Source: Clostridiales bacterium (GTDB lineage: Bacteria; Bacillota; Clostridia; Oscillospirales; CAG-272). Taken from it: 35,815 bases of DNA. The first letter of the stretch is position 1, and each line of letters opens with the position of its first letter. This document shows positions 1 through 8,192 of the stretch, piece by piece. The stretch is taken from assembly GCA_016281895.1 (NCBI GenBank), contig JAEEJM010000023.1, positions 1 through 35,815 of the forward strand, in the 5' to 3' direction. The notes below the pieces were generated by a model that had not been told where the DNA came from, did not search any database, and saw only the letters and a program-made list of their open reading frames with translations. The translations under genes were made by a program, and so were the position numbers.

Positions 1-462
1 CCCGCCTTCGACGCGAGGTCGCTGCTCAGCGCGATACTCTCCGGCCGCCGCACGGAGACTTCAGGCGGCGACGCCGCCGGAGCCGAAACGGCGCCCTCCG
101 ACGACGAGCTCACCCGCAAGCTCCGCAGCGTGCTCGAGGCCGGCGACGATGCCGGCGGCGGGGCGGGGGACAGAGCCCCCGCGGTAGAAGCCGCGGTAGA
201 ATCCGCGGGAGAAGCCGCGGTAGAAGCCGCGGGAGAAGCCTCGGAAGAGATCGCGGACGCAGCCGCCGGAGACGCATCCGGTGAGACGCCCTCTGACGCT
301 GCGGACGATAAGGCTGACGGCGCTCGGGAAGACGCCGGAAAAGACGGCGGCGACGGCGGAAGCGGCGTGAACGCCTACGGCCTGTCCGAGGACCGTTCGC
401 AGCGCTCCGTCGGCGACCTCAAGGCCCGCCTTTCCCAGATAAGGGACAGAAACCGCAGGTGA
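1..462 (+). CDS. C-terminal fragment of an acidic low-complexity protein (possible DivIVA-domain protein by synteny); 5' end lies outside the window
   Basis: Frame 1 is open from nt 1 to TGA 460-462; the track shows only the part from an internal start at 130. The translation is Ala/Gly/Asp/Glu-rich and ends in a basic helix, LKARLSQIRDRNRR. Its position directly upstream of ileS-lspA-rluD matches the Firmicute divIVA-ileS gene order. No diagnostic DivIVA motif is visible in this fragment. Confidence 0.45.
   Translation, partial: PAFDARSLLSAILSGRRTETSGGDAAGAETAPSDDELTRKLRSVLEAGDDAGGGAGDRAPAVEAAVESAGEAAVEAAGEASEEIADAAAGDASGETPSDAADDKADGAREDAGKDGGDGGSGVNAYGLSEDRSQRSVGDLKARLSQIRDRNRR
181..240 (+). 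repeat. 5 x 12-nt in-frame tandem repeat (GCGGTAGAAGCC and variants) encoding (A-V/G-E-A/S)n
   Basis: Read directly. The units are gcggtagaagcc, gcggtagaatcc, gcgggagaagcc, gcggtagaagcc and gcgggagaagcc. They translate to AVEAAVESAGEAAVEAAGEA. Confidence 0.9.
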
Positions 463-564
463 CCTCGCCGGGCCGCAGGGCCCGCGGGCCGCACTCCGGG
501 CCGGAGCATACGGCCCGGCTCTACAAGAACCAGATCAATTCGGAAGGAACGGTCTATATAAGCA

Positions 565-3411
565 ATGTCCAAGGATTACACCTCCACACTCAATCTGCCG
601 GAGACCGGTTTTGAAATGCGGGCAAACCTCCCGCAGCGCGAGCCCCGCATGCTGGAATACTGGGACGGCATCGGTCTGTACGACCTTATGCTGAAGAAGG
701 CCGAGGGCAGGCCTCAGTTTCTGCTCCACGACGGCCCTCCTTTCTCCAACGGCGACATCCATATGGGACACGCCCTCAACAAGATCCTCAAGGACATCAT
801 CAACAAGTCCAGGGTCATGGACGGGTATTACGTGCCGTACGTCCCCGGCTGGGACAACCACGGCATGCCCATCGAGTCCGCCATAATCAAGAAGAACCGG
901 CTCAACCGCAAGAGCATGAGCGTCTCAGAGTTCAGGAGCGCCTGCGAGGCCTTTGCCCGCGACTTCGTCGAGCGCCAGAGCGCCGAGTTCAGGCGCCTCG
1001 GCGTGACCGCCGACTGGAAGCACCCCTATCTCACCATGGATCCGAAGTTCGAGGCCCGCGAGGTAAAGGTGTTCGGCGAGATGTTCATGAAGGGCTACAT
1101 CTACAAGGGCCTCAAGCCCGTGTACTGGTGCCCGCACGACGAGACCGCGCTCGCCGAGGCCGAGATAGAGTACTCCGACGACAAGTGCACGTCCATATAC
1201 GTCAAGTTCGCCCTCGCCGACGACAGAGGAGTCTTTGCGGGCAGCTGCGATCCCTCCAGGACCTATTTCGTGATCTGGACGACCACGACCTGGACGCTCC
1301 CGGGCAACCTTGCCATCGCCGTCAACCCCGACGAGAGCTATGCCCTTATCAAAGCCTCCGACGGCAACTGGTACGTCACCGCTGAACAGCTCGCCGCCAG
1401 GACCATGGCGGCCGGCGGAGTCGGGTCTTACGAGACCGTGCTGACCCTGCCGGGCAGGGAGCTCGAGTTCATGAAGGCCAGGCATCCCTTCCTCGACCGC
1501 GACAGCGTCGTCGTCTGCGCCGACTACGTCACTATGGACAGCGGCACGGGCCTCGTCCACACCGCGCCCGGCTTCGGCGTCGACGACTACAACACCTGCC
1601 GCAAATACGGCATCGACATCGTGGTCCCGGTCGACGACCGCGGCTACCAGACCGGGGACGCCGGAAAGTACGCCGGCCTGTATTACGAGGATTCGAACGC
1701 CGTCATCCTCGAGGACATGAAGGCCAGCGGCGCGCTCTTCGCCTCCGAGTCCATGGTGCATTCTTATCCGCACTGCTGGCGCTGCAAGCGCCCGGTAATA
1801 TTCCGCGCCACCCCGCAGTGGTTCTGCTCGGTCGACGCCTTCAAGGACAGGGCCGTCGCCGCGTGCGGCAGGGTCAGATGGCAGCCCGCCTGGGGAGGCG
1901 AGCGCATTGTCCAGATGGTGAAGGAGAGGGCCGACTGGTGCATCTCCCGCCAGCGCCACTGGGGCCTGCCCATACCCGTGTTCTACTGCGCTTCCTGCGG
2001 CAGACCCGTCTGCGACCGCACTACGGTGGACCGCGTCTCCGCCGTGTTCGCAGAAAAGGGCTCAAACGCCTGGTTCGACTGCGAGCCCTCCGAACTCATA
2101 GGCGACTACGCCTGCCCGCACTGCGGCGCAAAGGAGTTCACCAAGGAGACCAACACGCTCGACGGCTGGTTCGACTCGGGCTCCACCCACTTTGCCGTCA
2201 TCGAGAACGGCGGCTACGACCCCGCCTGGCCCAAGGACATCCGCTGGCCCGCCGACCTTTATCTCGAGGGCGCCGATCAGTACCGCGGCTGGTTCCAGTC
2301 GTCGCTGCTCACGGCGGTGGGAGCCGGCGCCGAAGGCGCCCCGTTCAGGACCGTCCTCACCCACGGCTGGACCGTCGACGGCGAGGGCAAGGCCATGCAC
2401 AAGTCCCTCGGCAACTCGATCTCTCCGGACGACATCGTAAAGAAATACGGCGCGGATCTGGTCAGACTCTGGGTGGCGTCGTCAGACTATTCGGTCGACG
2501 TCCGCTGCTCCGACAACATCTTCAAGCAGCTCTCCGAGGCCTACCGCAAGTTCCGCAACACGGCCCGCATAATGCTGGCCAACCTTGGCGGCTTCGATCC
2601 CGACCGCGACCGCGTGCCGGTCGCCGATATGCCCGAGATCGACAGATGGGCGCTGACCAGGCTCAACTCCCTGATCCGCGTCTGCCGCGAGGGCTACGAC
2701 ACCTATCAGTTCCACACCGTGTTCCACGCCATAAACAACTTCTGCACCGTGGACATGTCCAAGCTCTACGTCGACATTACGAAGGACCGCGTCTACGTTG
2801 AGAAGGCCGATTCGCCCGCCAGGCGCTCGGCGCAGACCGTGCTCTATACGGTCATCAGCGCCATGACCAGGCTCGCGGCTCCGCTGCTCTCGTTCACCGC
2901 GGAGGAGATTTGGCTCGCCATGCCCCATACGGAGGGCGAGGACCGCAGGTCCGTCTTCCTCAACCCCCTCCCCGAGTGCGACGAGGCCTTCGAGTTCGCC
3001 GGGGCGGAGAAGTGGGAGTCGCTGTTCGAACTGCGCGACGACGTCATGAAGGCGCTTGAGATCGCAAGGGCCGAGAAGCGCATAGGCAAGTCGCTCGACG
3101 CCTCCGTGGCCGTCTTCAGCCGCGACGCCGGGGTCCTCGGCCTGCTCTCCGGCTTCAGCGCCGCCGAGCTCTCCACCGTGTTCATCACGAGCGGCACATC
3201 CGTGATCGAGGGCGACGCCCCGGACGGCGCCTACAGGCCCGAGGACGGACGCCCCATAGCGGTGCTGGTCAGTACCGCGGAGGGACGGCGCTGCGACCGC
3301 TGCTGGTCGTACTCGGTCCGCGGCCGCGCCGACGGCGAAGGCTTCCTGTGCCTGCGCTGCGCCGGAATACTGGACTCCATCCTCAAAGAACGGGACACCT
3401 CAGGATCGTAA
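565..3411 (+). CDS. ileS: isoleucine--tRNA ligase (type 1 IleRS)
   Basis: 948-aa ORF. The N-terminus MSKDYTSTLNLPETGFEMRANL is typical of IleRS. It has the HIGH-type motif DIHMGHALN, the KMSKS-type motif KAMHKSLGN and the WCISRQRHWG motif. C-terminal Cys clusters (CDRCWSY...CLRC) form a zinc-binding domain. Confidence 0.97.
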   Translation: MSKDYTSTLNLPETGFEMRANLPQREPRMLEYWDGIGLYDLMLKKAEGRPQFLLHDGPPFSNGDIHMGHALNKILKDIINKSRVMDGYYVPYVPGWDNHGMPIESAIIKKNRLNRKSMSVSEFRSACEAFARDFVERQSAEFRRLGVTADWKHPYLTMDPKFEAREVKVFGEMFMKGYIYKGLKPVYWCPHDETALAEAEIEYSDDKCTSIYVKFALADDRGVFAGSCDPSRTYFVIWTTTTWTLPGNLAIAVNPDESYALIKASDGNWYVTAEQLAARTMAAGGVGSYETVLTLPGRELEFMKARHPFLDRDSVVVCADYVTMDSGTGLVHTAPGFGVDDYNTCRKYGIDIVVPVDDRGYQTGDAGKYAGLYYEDSNAVILEDMKASGALFASESMVHSYPHCWRCKRPVIFRATPQWFCSVDAFKDRAVAACGRVRWQPAWGGERIVQMVKERADWCISRQRHWGLPIPVFYCASCGRPVCDRTTVDRVSAVFAEKGSNAWFDCEPSELIGDYACPHCGAKEFTKETNTLDGWFDSGSTHFAVIENGGYDPAWPKDIRWPADLYLEGADQYRGWFQSSLLTAVGAGAEGAPFRTVLTHGWTVDGEGKAMHKSLGNSISPDDIVKKYGADLVRLWVASSDYSVDVRCSDNIFKQLSEAYRKFRNTARIMLANLGGFDPDRDRVPVADMPEIDRWALTRLNSLIRVCREGYDTYQFHTVFHAINNFCTVDMSKLYVDITKDRVYVEKADSPARRSAQTVLYTVISAMTRLAAPLLSFTAEEIWLAMPHTEGEDRRSVFLNPLPECDEAFEFAGAEKWESLFELRDDVMKALEIARAEKRIGKSLDASVAVFSRDAGVLGLLSGFSAAELSTVFITSGTSVIEGDAPDGAYRPEDGRPIAVLVSTAEGRRCDRCWSYSVRGRADGEGFLCLRCAGILDSILKERDTSGS

Positions 3412-3469
3412 TGCGCGCGGCAGGGCCGGCCCCGGCGCAGACCCGGGCCGGAATGATCGCCGCGGCGCG

Positions 3470-3560
3470 GAAAAAACGCACCGAAAAAACGCATCGGATA
3501 TCCGCACCGAAAAAACGCATCGGATATCCGCACCGAAAAAACGCACCGAAAAAACGCACC
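3470..3560 (+). repeat. 13-nt-period tandem repeat array (7 x 13 nt) in the ileS-lspA spacer
   Basis: Unit A is GAAAAAACGCACC, at 3470, 3535 and 3548. Unit B is GAAAAAACGCATCGGATATCCGCACC (26 nt), at 3483 and 3509. The order is A-B-B-A-A. Each B unit contains the palindrome CGGATATCCG. The sequence was verified against the ORF-track translation RKKRTEKTHRISAPKKRIGYPHRKNAPKKRT. Confidence 0.9.
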
Positions 3561-3573
3561 GATACAAGAATGC

Positions 3574-3595
3574 GGGGGCAGGCCGTCCTGCCCCC
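3574..3595 (+). other. perfect GC-rich stem-loop (9-bp stem, 4-nt loop) 10 nt upstream of the lspA ATG
   Basis: The sequence is GGGGGCAGG-CCGT-CCTGCCCCC. No T-run follows on the plus strand, so it is not a canonical intrinsic terminator. Confidence 0.7.
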
Positions 3596-3605
3596 TGTGA
3601 ATGAA

Positions 3606-4106
3606 ATGATCATCTGGCTTGTTGTACTTGCCGCCGCCGTGGCCGCCGATCAGCTCACGAAGTACCTCGTGGACTCCGGCATGGAGGTGGGCGGCTCCGT
3701 CGATCTCATACCCGGCGTCCTCCGGCTGACTTACGTCCGCAACGAGGGCGCCGCCTTCGGCATGCTCGCGGAGCACAGGTGGGTCTTCATTGTCCTGTCA
3801 CTGCTGACCATAGCAGGCATCGTTTATTACGTGGTCCGCTACAGGCCGCGCAGCGCGTGGATGATGTGCTCGCTGACGCTTGTTACGGCGGGCGGGATCG
3901 GCAACATGATAGACCGGCTGAGCCTCGGATACGTTATCGACTTCGTGGATTTTTACGCGTTCGGCGAGCTCTGGAAATGGGTCTTCAACGTGGCCGACGC
4001 CTGCGTCTGCGTCGGCGCATTCCTGCTCGCGCTGAAGCTCCTGACAGACACCGTCAGGGAGAGCCGCGCCGCGAAGGCCGGGAAAGATGAAGGCGAAAAT
4101 GGCTGA
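3606..4106 (+). CDS. lspA: lipoprotein signal peptidase II
   Basis: This is the C-terminal 166 codons of ORF 3348..4106, beginning MIIWLVVLAAAVAADQLTKYLV. LspA motifs are present: DQLTK, VRNEGAAFGM, GGIGNMIDR, VIDFVDF and FNVADA. The upstream in-frame part only translates the tandem repeat. ATG 3570 and GTG 3597 are alternative starts, and no clear SD is present. Confidence 0.85.
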   Translation: MIIWLVVLAAAVAADQLTKYLVDSGMEVGGSVDLIPGVLRLTYVRNEGAAFGMLAEHRWVFIVLSLLTIAGIVYYVVRYRPRSAWMMCSLTLVTAGGIGNMIDRLSLGYVIDFVDFYAFGELWKWVFNVADACVCVGAFLLALKLLTDTVRESRAAKAGKDEGENG

Positions 4107-5169
4107 GCGTCTGTTCGACGAGCCGGAGGACGAGGTCCTGCTGCTGAGCGCAGGGGCCGGCCATGCGGGAATGAGGCTCGACAGCTTCGTCCAGGAGGCC
4201 ACCGCGGGCTCGGAATGCCCGGTGTCGCGCTCCAGGGCCGCAAAGCTGTGCTCGGAGGGCCGCGTGCTGATCGACGGCAGGCCCGGTACGAAGAACGACA
4301 GGCTGGCCGGGGGGGCCGCGGTCGCCGTGCTGCTTCCTGCCCCGGAGCCCGACAGGGTCGGGCCGGAGGACATCCCCCTCGACGTCGTCTACGAGGACGG
4401 CGACATCATCGTCGTCGACAAGCCCTCGGGCATGGTCGTTCACCCCGCGCCCGGACACACCTCGGGCACGCTGTGCTCGGCGCTGCTGTTCCACTGCGCA
4501 GGGAGCCTGTCCGGCATCGGAGGCGTGTCGAGGCCCGGCATCGTCCACAGGATAGACCGGGACACCTCGGGCCTCATCGTCTGCGCGAAGAACGACGCGG
4601 CGCATATATCGCTCAGCGCCCAGCTTAAGGACCGGACGGTGCACAGGACCTATTACGCGATCCTGTGCGGCAATCCCCGCGACGACGCCGGAACGGTCGA
4701 CGCGCCCGTCGGAAGGCACCCCTCCGACCGTAAGCGCATGGCGGTGCTGAGGGAGGGCGACCCCGGCGCCCGCCCGGCCGTGACTTACTGGCGCATACTC
4801 GAGCGCTATCCCGGCTTCTGCCTTGCCGAGTGCAGACTCGGTACCGGGCGGACCCATCAGATCCGTGTCCATATGGCGCACATCGGCCACCCCGTGTTCG
4901 GAGACCCGGTCTACGGCGGCGACCGCACGCCATTCTATGAAAAGCATAAGAACCTTACGCGCGGCCAGTGCCTTCACGCCGGCCGCCTTGAACTGGTCCA
5001 TCCCCGGACCGGGGAGCGGATGCGGTTCGAGTGCCCGCTGCCTCCCGAGACGGTGAAGCTGCTGGGCATACTGCGCGCGTCGGCCGGCATCGCGGCCGGG
5101 GGCGCGGACGGAAGCCTGCCCGGGGACCCCGGCGCGGCTGACTCAGACAACGATTCCGGACGGCTTTGA
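4087..5169 (+). CDS. rluD: RluA-family 23S rRNA pseudouridine synthase (RluD-like)
   Basis: It has an S4-like N-terminal region (MRLDSFV) and the catalytic motif HRIDRDTSGLIV. RTYYAIL and GRTHQIRVH are also present. The ileS-lspA-rluD synteny supports the call. ATG 4099 is an alternative start. Confidence 0.9.
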   Translation: MKAKMAERLFDEPEDEVLLLSAGAGHAGMRLDSFVQEATAGSECPVSRSRAAKLCSEGRVLIDGRPGTKNDRLAGGAAVAVLLPAPEPDRVGPEDIPLDVVYEDGDIIVVDKPSGMVVHPAPGHTSGTLCSALLFHCAGSLSGIGGVSRPGIVHRIDRDTSGLIVCAKNDAAHISLSAQLKDRTVHRTYYAILCGNPRDDAGTVDAPVGRHPSDRKRMAVLREGDPGARPAVTYWRILERYPGFCLAECRLGTGRTHQIRVHMAHIGHPVFGDPVYGGDRTPFYEKHKNLTRGQCLHAGRLELVHPRTGERMRFECPLPPETVKLLGILRASAGIAAGGADGSLPGDPGAADSDNDSGRL

Positions 5170-5170
5170 A

Positions 5171-6031
5171 ATGATCGACTTCAGCGATACGGTAATAGTG
5201 ACCGACCTCGACGGCACGTATTTCGGGCGGGGCAGCGAGACTGTTCCCCGCAACACGGAGGCCCTGCGCTGGTTCGAGGAGCGCGGCGGCTTCTTCACGG
5301 TGGCGACAGGGCGCATAGCCCCGAACCTCGCCCACGATCTTAAGGAGACGGCACTGCTTATAAACGCCCCGGTGTCGGCCTGCAACGGGACCTGCCTTTA
5401 CGACATCGGGCGCGGCCTCATCCTGGCCGAGAACCCGATGGACAGGGAAGAGGCCTGGGCGCTCATCCGCTTCATGGATGAGCACTATCCCCAGATCGGC
5501 GTACGCATCTCCGTCCCCGACGGCTTTCTGACCTCGCCGGAGAATCTCAGGGCCAACCCCATGATCTCGGCCGAGTACTCGAGGCTCGCCAACGCCGCAG
5601 GGCACCTTGAGCCCAGGAGCGCCTGGGACGGCTACACCTGGTACAAGCTCGTCTACCGCGACAGGGCCGAGCTGCTGGCCGAGGTCAGGCGCGACATAAT
5701 ACCGCTGTTCGGCGACAGGCTGACGATCTCCAACTCCGGCGCCACCTTCCTCGAGATACAGAGGGGCGGGATCTCAAAGGCATCGCTGCTTCCCGAGGTG
5801 CGCCGCTACTGCCAGGAGAAGTCCGGCAGGCCAGTCAGGACCGTCTGCTGCGGCGATTACGAGAACGACCGCGAGATGCTCCTTGCCGCGGACCTCGCGG
5901 TGTGTCCGGCCAACGCCGACTCGAGCGTCAGGGAGGTCGCCGATCTCATCATGTGCCGCCACGACGAGGGGCTCATGGCCGACGTGGTCGAGCACCTTGC
6001 CGCGCAGAAGGGGCAATCCGTCCGCTTCTGA
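5171..6031 (+). CDS. Cof-type HAD-IIB family hydrolase (sugar-phosphate phosphatase-like)
   Basis: HAD motif I is VTDLDGTYF, with TVATGR, and motif IV is GDYENDREML. The 286-aa length is typical of the Cof/YidA subfamily. Confidence 0.8.
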   Translation: MIDFSDTVIVTDLDGTYFGRGSETVPRNTEALRWFEERGGFFTVATGRIAPNLAHDLKETALLINAPVSACNGTCLYDIGRGLILAENPMDREEAWALIRFMDEHYPQIGVRISVPDGFLTSPENLRANPMISAEYSRLANAAGHLEPRSAWDGYTWYKLVYRDRAELLAEVRRDIIPLFGDRLTISNSGATFLEIQRGGISKASLLPEVRRYCQEKSGRPVRTVCCGDYENDREMLLAADLAVCPANADSSVREVADLIMCRHDEGLMADVVEHLAAQKGQSVRF

Positions 6032-6075
6032 ACCGAATAGGGGGGGCTGTAAAATAGTCCCGAAAAAAAGAAGAT

Positions 6076-6109
6076 ACCCGGAAGGCGAAACTTCCGGGTG
6101 TTTTTCTTT
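6076..6109. terminator. bidirectional Rho-independent terminator between the HAD gene (+) and the Fe-ADH gene (-)
   Basis: The stem is ACCCGGAAG-GCGAAA-CTTCCGGGT (6076-6099). It is followed by GTTTTTCTTT on the plus strand. An A-rich run (AAAAAAAGAAGAT) precedes it, which gives a T-run on the minus strand. Confidence 0.85.
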
Positions 6110-6167
6110 GAAAAATAAGACGGCTGTTCTGTTTTTTAGGACTTTTTTTTAGCCCCTTTTCGGCGCT

Positions 6168-7454
6168 TCAGTCTATGAAATCCATGGGGTCGAGGCCCAG
6201 CATGGGAAGCAGTCGGGTCAGCAGTATGCGGTAGCGCATGTAGCTGTGGTAGCGTATGCCCTCTTCGAGCAGTTCGGGTCCGACGTTGACCTCCTCAGGC
6301 GTCACGGCGCAGCCCGCGCGGCGCATCCGGTCGAGCAGGTCGCCGTACTCGGGCAGCTCGGTGAGTATCATCTCGCGGAAGCGTGGCCACAGCTCCTTGA
6401 GTCTGGCCGGATCGACCTTGTCGCAGATGCTCGGGTCGTTGAGCCGCCTTATGTCCGGCAGCTGTTCGGGCGTGAAGTGGCGGTCGATCTCCTCCCAGTC
6501 GGGGCAGTCCTTCACGGGGTCGACCTCGGTCACCCTCCGCGCAATGTTGCGGTACATCCTGTTGATGATCAGCGTGGCGACGCCGACCTTCTTTCCGTGG
6601 TAGTCTGGCCAGATGCCACGGCTGACCTTGCGGCACTCCCAGTAGTGGGAGACGACGTGCTCGGCGCCGGAGGCGGGCCTCGACGACAGCGCGAGCTTCA
6701 TAGCCAGCCCGGAGAGCACAAGGGCCTCCATAACGGCGCCTGCGGCCTCCTCGTCCTCGGACGTGATGCGGTCGGTGAGCGCCACGCATCTGTCGAGGGC
6801 GTCCAGCGTGAGCCGGGCGACCTTCTCGCAGTAGTATTCGCCCGTGAGGAGGTTCGACATCCTCCATTCGAGGATGCCGGTGGACTTGGCGACCATATCG
6901 CCGTAGCCGGCGGCCTTGAGCTCCGCGGGAGAGGCCGCGAGGATCTTCGTGTCGGCAAGGATGACGGCCGGCTGGCGGACCTTCCAGGACTCCTTGAAGT
7001 TGTTGGATATTATGGGCGCCGTGTCCGAAGCGAAGCCGTCCATGGACGGGGCCGTGGCAAAGATGCAGAACTGCAGGTCCTTCTCGAACGCCGTGACGCG
7101 GCATATGTCGTTGAGCGAGCCCGTGCCGACGGAGATGATGCCGCCGATTCCTCCGGTGAGGGCCTCGACCTCGCGCACCTGCTCCACCCTGGCGTATTTC
7201 ATGTCGGGGTAGATGAGTTTGGTCAGCGTGAAGCCCGAGGCCAGAAGCGATGCGGTCAGCCCCTCGGCCTCGGCCGCGGCAAAGGTGTTGACGTCCGCCA
7301 CGAGCAGGACGTTCTTTGGGAAGCCCGACCGCTCCAGGATCTCTCCCGTGCGGGCGGTGAGGCCGCTGAAGATCTCAACGGTACGGGTGTCGAAGGTGTG
7401 GGGCCTGCCGCAGGGGCAGTTCTCGAGCGATCTCAGCAGACTGCCTAGATTCAT
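6168..7454 (-). CDS. iron-containing alcohol dehydrogenase superfamily protein, sn-glycerol-1-phosphate dehydrogenase (AraM/EgsA)-like
   Basis: I place the start at ATG 7454-7452, with an AAGGAGA SD 6 nt upstream (plus-strand tctcctt at 7461-7467). The ORF-track extension to 7856 is rejected. Motifs present are GTGSLND, PSMDGFAS, GYGDMVAK, SGAEHVVSH and HGKKVG, typical of the GldA/G1PDH family. The protein is 428 aa. Confidence 0.65.
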   Translation of the reverse strand: MNLGSLLRSLENCPCGRPHTFDTRTVEIFSGLTARTGEILERSGFPKNVLLVADVNTFAAAEAEGLTASLLASGFTLTKLIYPDMKYARVEQVREVEALTGGIGGIISVGTGSLNDICRVTAFEKDLQFCIFATAPSMDGFASDTAPIISNNFKESWKVRQPAVILADTKILAASPAELKAAGYGDMVAKSTGILEWRMSNLLTGEYYCEKVARLTLDALDRCVALTDRITSEDEEAAGAVMEALVLSGLAMKLALSSRPASGAEHVVSHYWECRKVSRGIWPDYHGKKVGVATLIINRMYRNIARRVTEVDPVKDCPDWEEIDRHFTPEQLPDIRRLNDPSICDKVDPARLKELWPRFREMILTELPEYGDLLDRMRRAGCAVTPEEVNVGPELLEEGIRYHSYMRYRILLTRLLPMLGLDPMDFID

Positions 7455-7487
7455 GAGAAGTCTCCTTTTGTCCGTCGCCCCGGGGAA

Positions 7488-7516
7488 TTGACAGGAGGGC
7501 GGCGGAGTGATATAAT
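7488..7516 (+). promoter_or_regulatory. consensus sigmaA-type promoter (TTGACA-17-TATAAT) for the DUF1934-like gene
   Basis: TTGACA lies at 7488-7493, followed by a 17-nt spacer and TATAAT at 7511-7516. This is 62 nt upstream of ATG 7579. Confidence 0.75.
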
Positions 7517-7578
7517 GCGGGTGTACGATTCTGTGAAAGGACTGCGCCCGGCCCGCGGCCGGCGCAAGTATTGCCGAT

Positions 7579-8190
7579 ATGAGAAAGTATTCCGGTCCGA
7601 AGAAGAGACTGCCGGCGCCGGCAAAGGCCGGGAAGTCCGGGAAAACGGCCGCCCGGCCGGCCGCGCAGGGTAAGACCGGCAAACGCGTTAGGGTCACGGT
7701 CAGGACCGACCGGACCTTCGGACTCAGGGCCGGGCAGCAGTCCGGCGGAAGGCCGCCGGCCGCCTCCGGACTGCCGGAGCAGTTCGGGATCCCGCCGGCG
7801 GAGGAGATGCCGGAAGCGGGGAACGACAGCACCGTCACCGTCTCGGACGGCCTCATGGCGTCAAGGGCCGGCAGGGTCAGGCTGACCTATGCCGAGCCGT
7901 CGGGCGTGAGGGTGGGCTTCTCGTTCGACAGGGAGGAGCCCGGACTGCTTATGATGACCCGCGAAGGCGGCTCGGAGCAGGGCGTGCTCATGCTGGTGTT
8001 CGAACAGGGCGTTCGCCACATATGCATGAACAGGGTCGACGGCGAGACCTTCGAGATCACGACCTTTGCTTCGCGCCTGGAGAACAGGCTGGCGTCGTCC
8101 GGCACGCTCGCCCTGGACTATACGGTCGAGCTGCACGGGGTGAGGGTCGAGAGGACATCCATCGAGATAACGGCCGAAAAGGCGGACTGA
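7579..8190 (+). CDS. DUF1934 (YwiB-like beta-barrel) domain protein with a basic, low-complexity N-terminal extension
   Basis: The C-terminal ~165 aa (RVRVTVRTD...VRLTYAEP...GLLMMTREGG...LVFEQG...GTLALDYTVELHGVRVERTSIEITAE) follow the alternating beta-strand pattern of YwiB/DUF1934. The match is from memory of the family, not a search. No SD precedes ATG 7579. Confidence 0.5.
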   Translation: MRKYSGPKKRLPAPAKAGKSGKTAARPAAQGKTGKRVRVTVRTDRTFGLRAGQQSGGRPPAASGLPEQFGIPPAEEMPEAGNDSTVTVSDGLMASRAGRVRLTYAEPSGVRVGFSFDREEPGLLMMTREGGSEQGVLMLVFEQGVRHICMNRVDGETFEITTFASRLENRLASSGTLALDYTVELHGVRVERTSIEITAEKAD

Positions 8191-8192
8191 GC

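Noticed and set aside
463-564. Expected T-box leader or other riboswitch upstream of ileS
   Set aside because: The spacer is only 102 nt, far shorter than a T-box leader. I see no T-box consensus or specifier/antiterminator arrangement. There are only GC hairpins without a T-run (for example CCGGGCCG-GAGCATA-CGGCCCGG).
925-1959. 344-aa ORF antisense to ileS, and similar long antisense ORFs at 16920-18554, 19070-20269, 22532-23731, 29409-30884 and 34336-35433
   Set aside because: All lie opposite genes with strong family signatures. Their Arg/Gly/Pro/Ala/His-rich composition is typical of stop-poor antisense frames in GC-rich DNA, and they have no SD or recognisable motifs.
3470-3560. CRISPR-like array
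   Set aside because: The repeats are directly adjacent with no spacers, the units are 13/26 nt, and no cas genes are present. It is a tandem repeat, not a CRISPR.
3348-3605. N-terminal 86 codons of the 252-aa ORF fused to lspA
   Set aside because: The translation is just the Lys/Arg-rich reading of the tandem DNA repeat and overlaps the ileS 3' end. The LspA homology starts at MIIWLVV (ATG 3606).
7515-7673. Small ORF starting at the ATG inside the TATAAT box (MRVYDSVKG...)
   Set aside because: The ATG lies within the -10 hexamer and so is upstream of the predicted transcription start. The peptide is Arg/Gly-rich and low-complexity.
7455-7856. Upstream extensions of real genes in the ORF track (6168-7856, 11075-12538, 25536-27158, 23652-24638, 29346-30905, 13862-15697)
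   Set aside because: Each extension runs through promoters, terminators or a neighbouring gene and has a low-complexity translation. In each case an internal ATG with a good SD coincides with the start of family homology.
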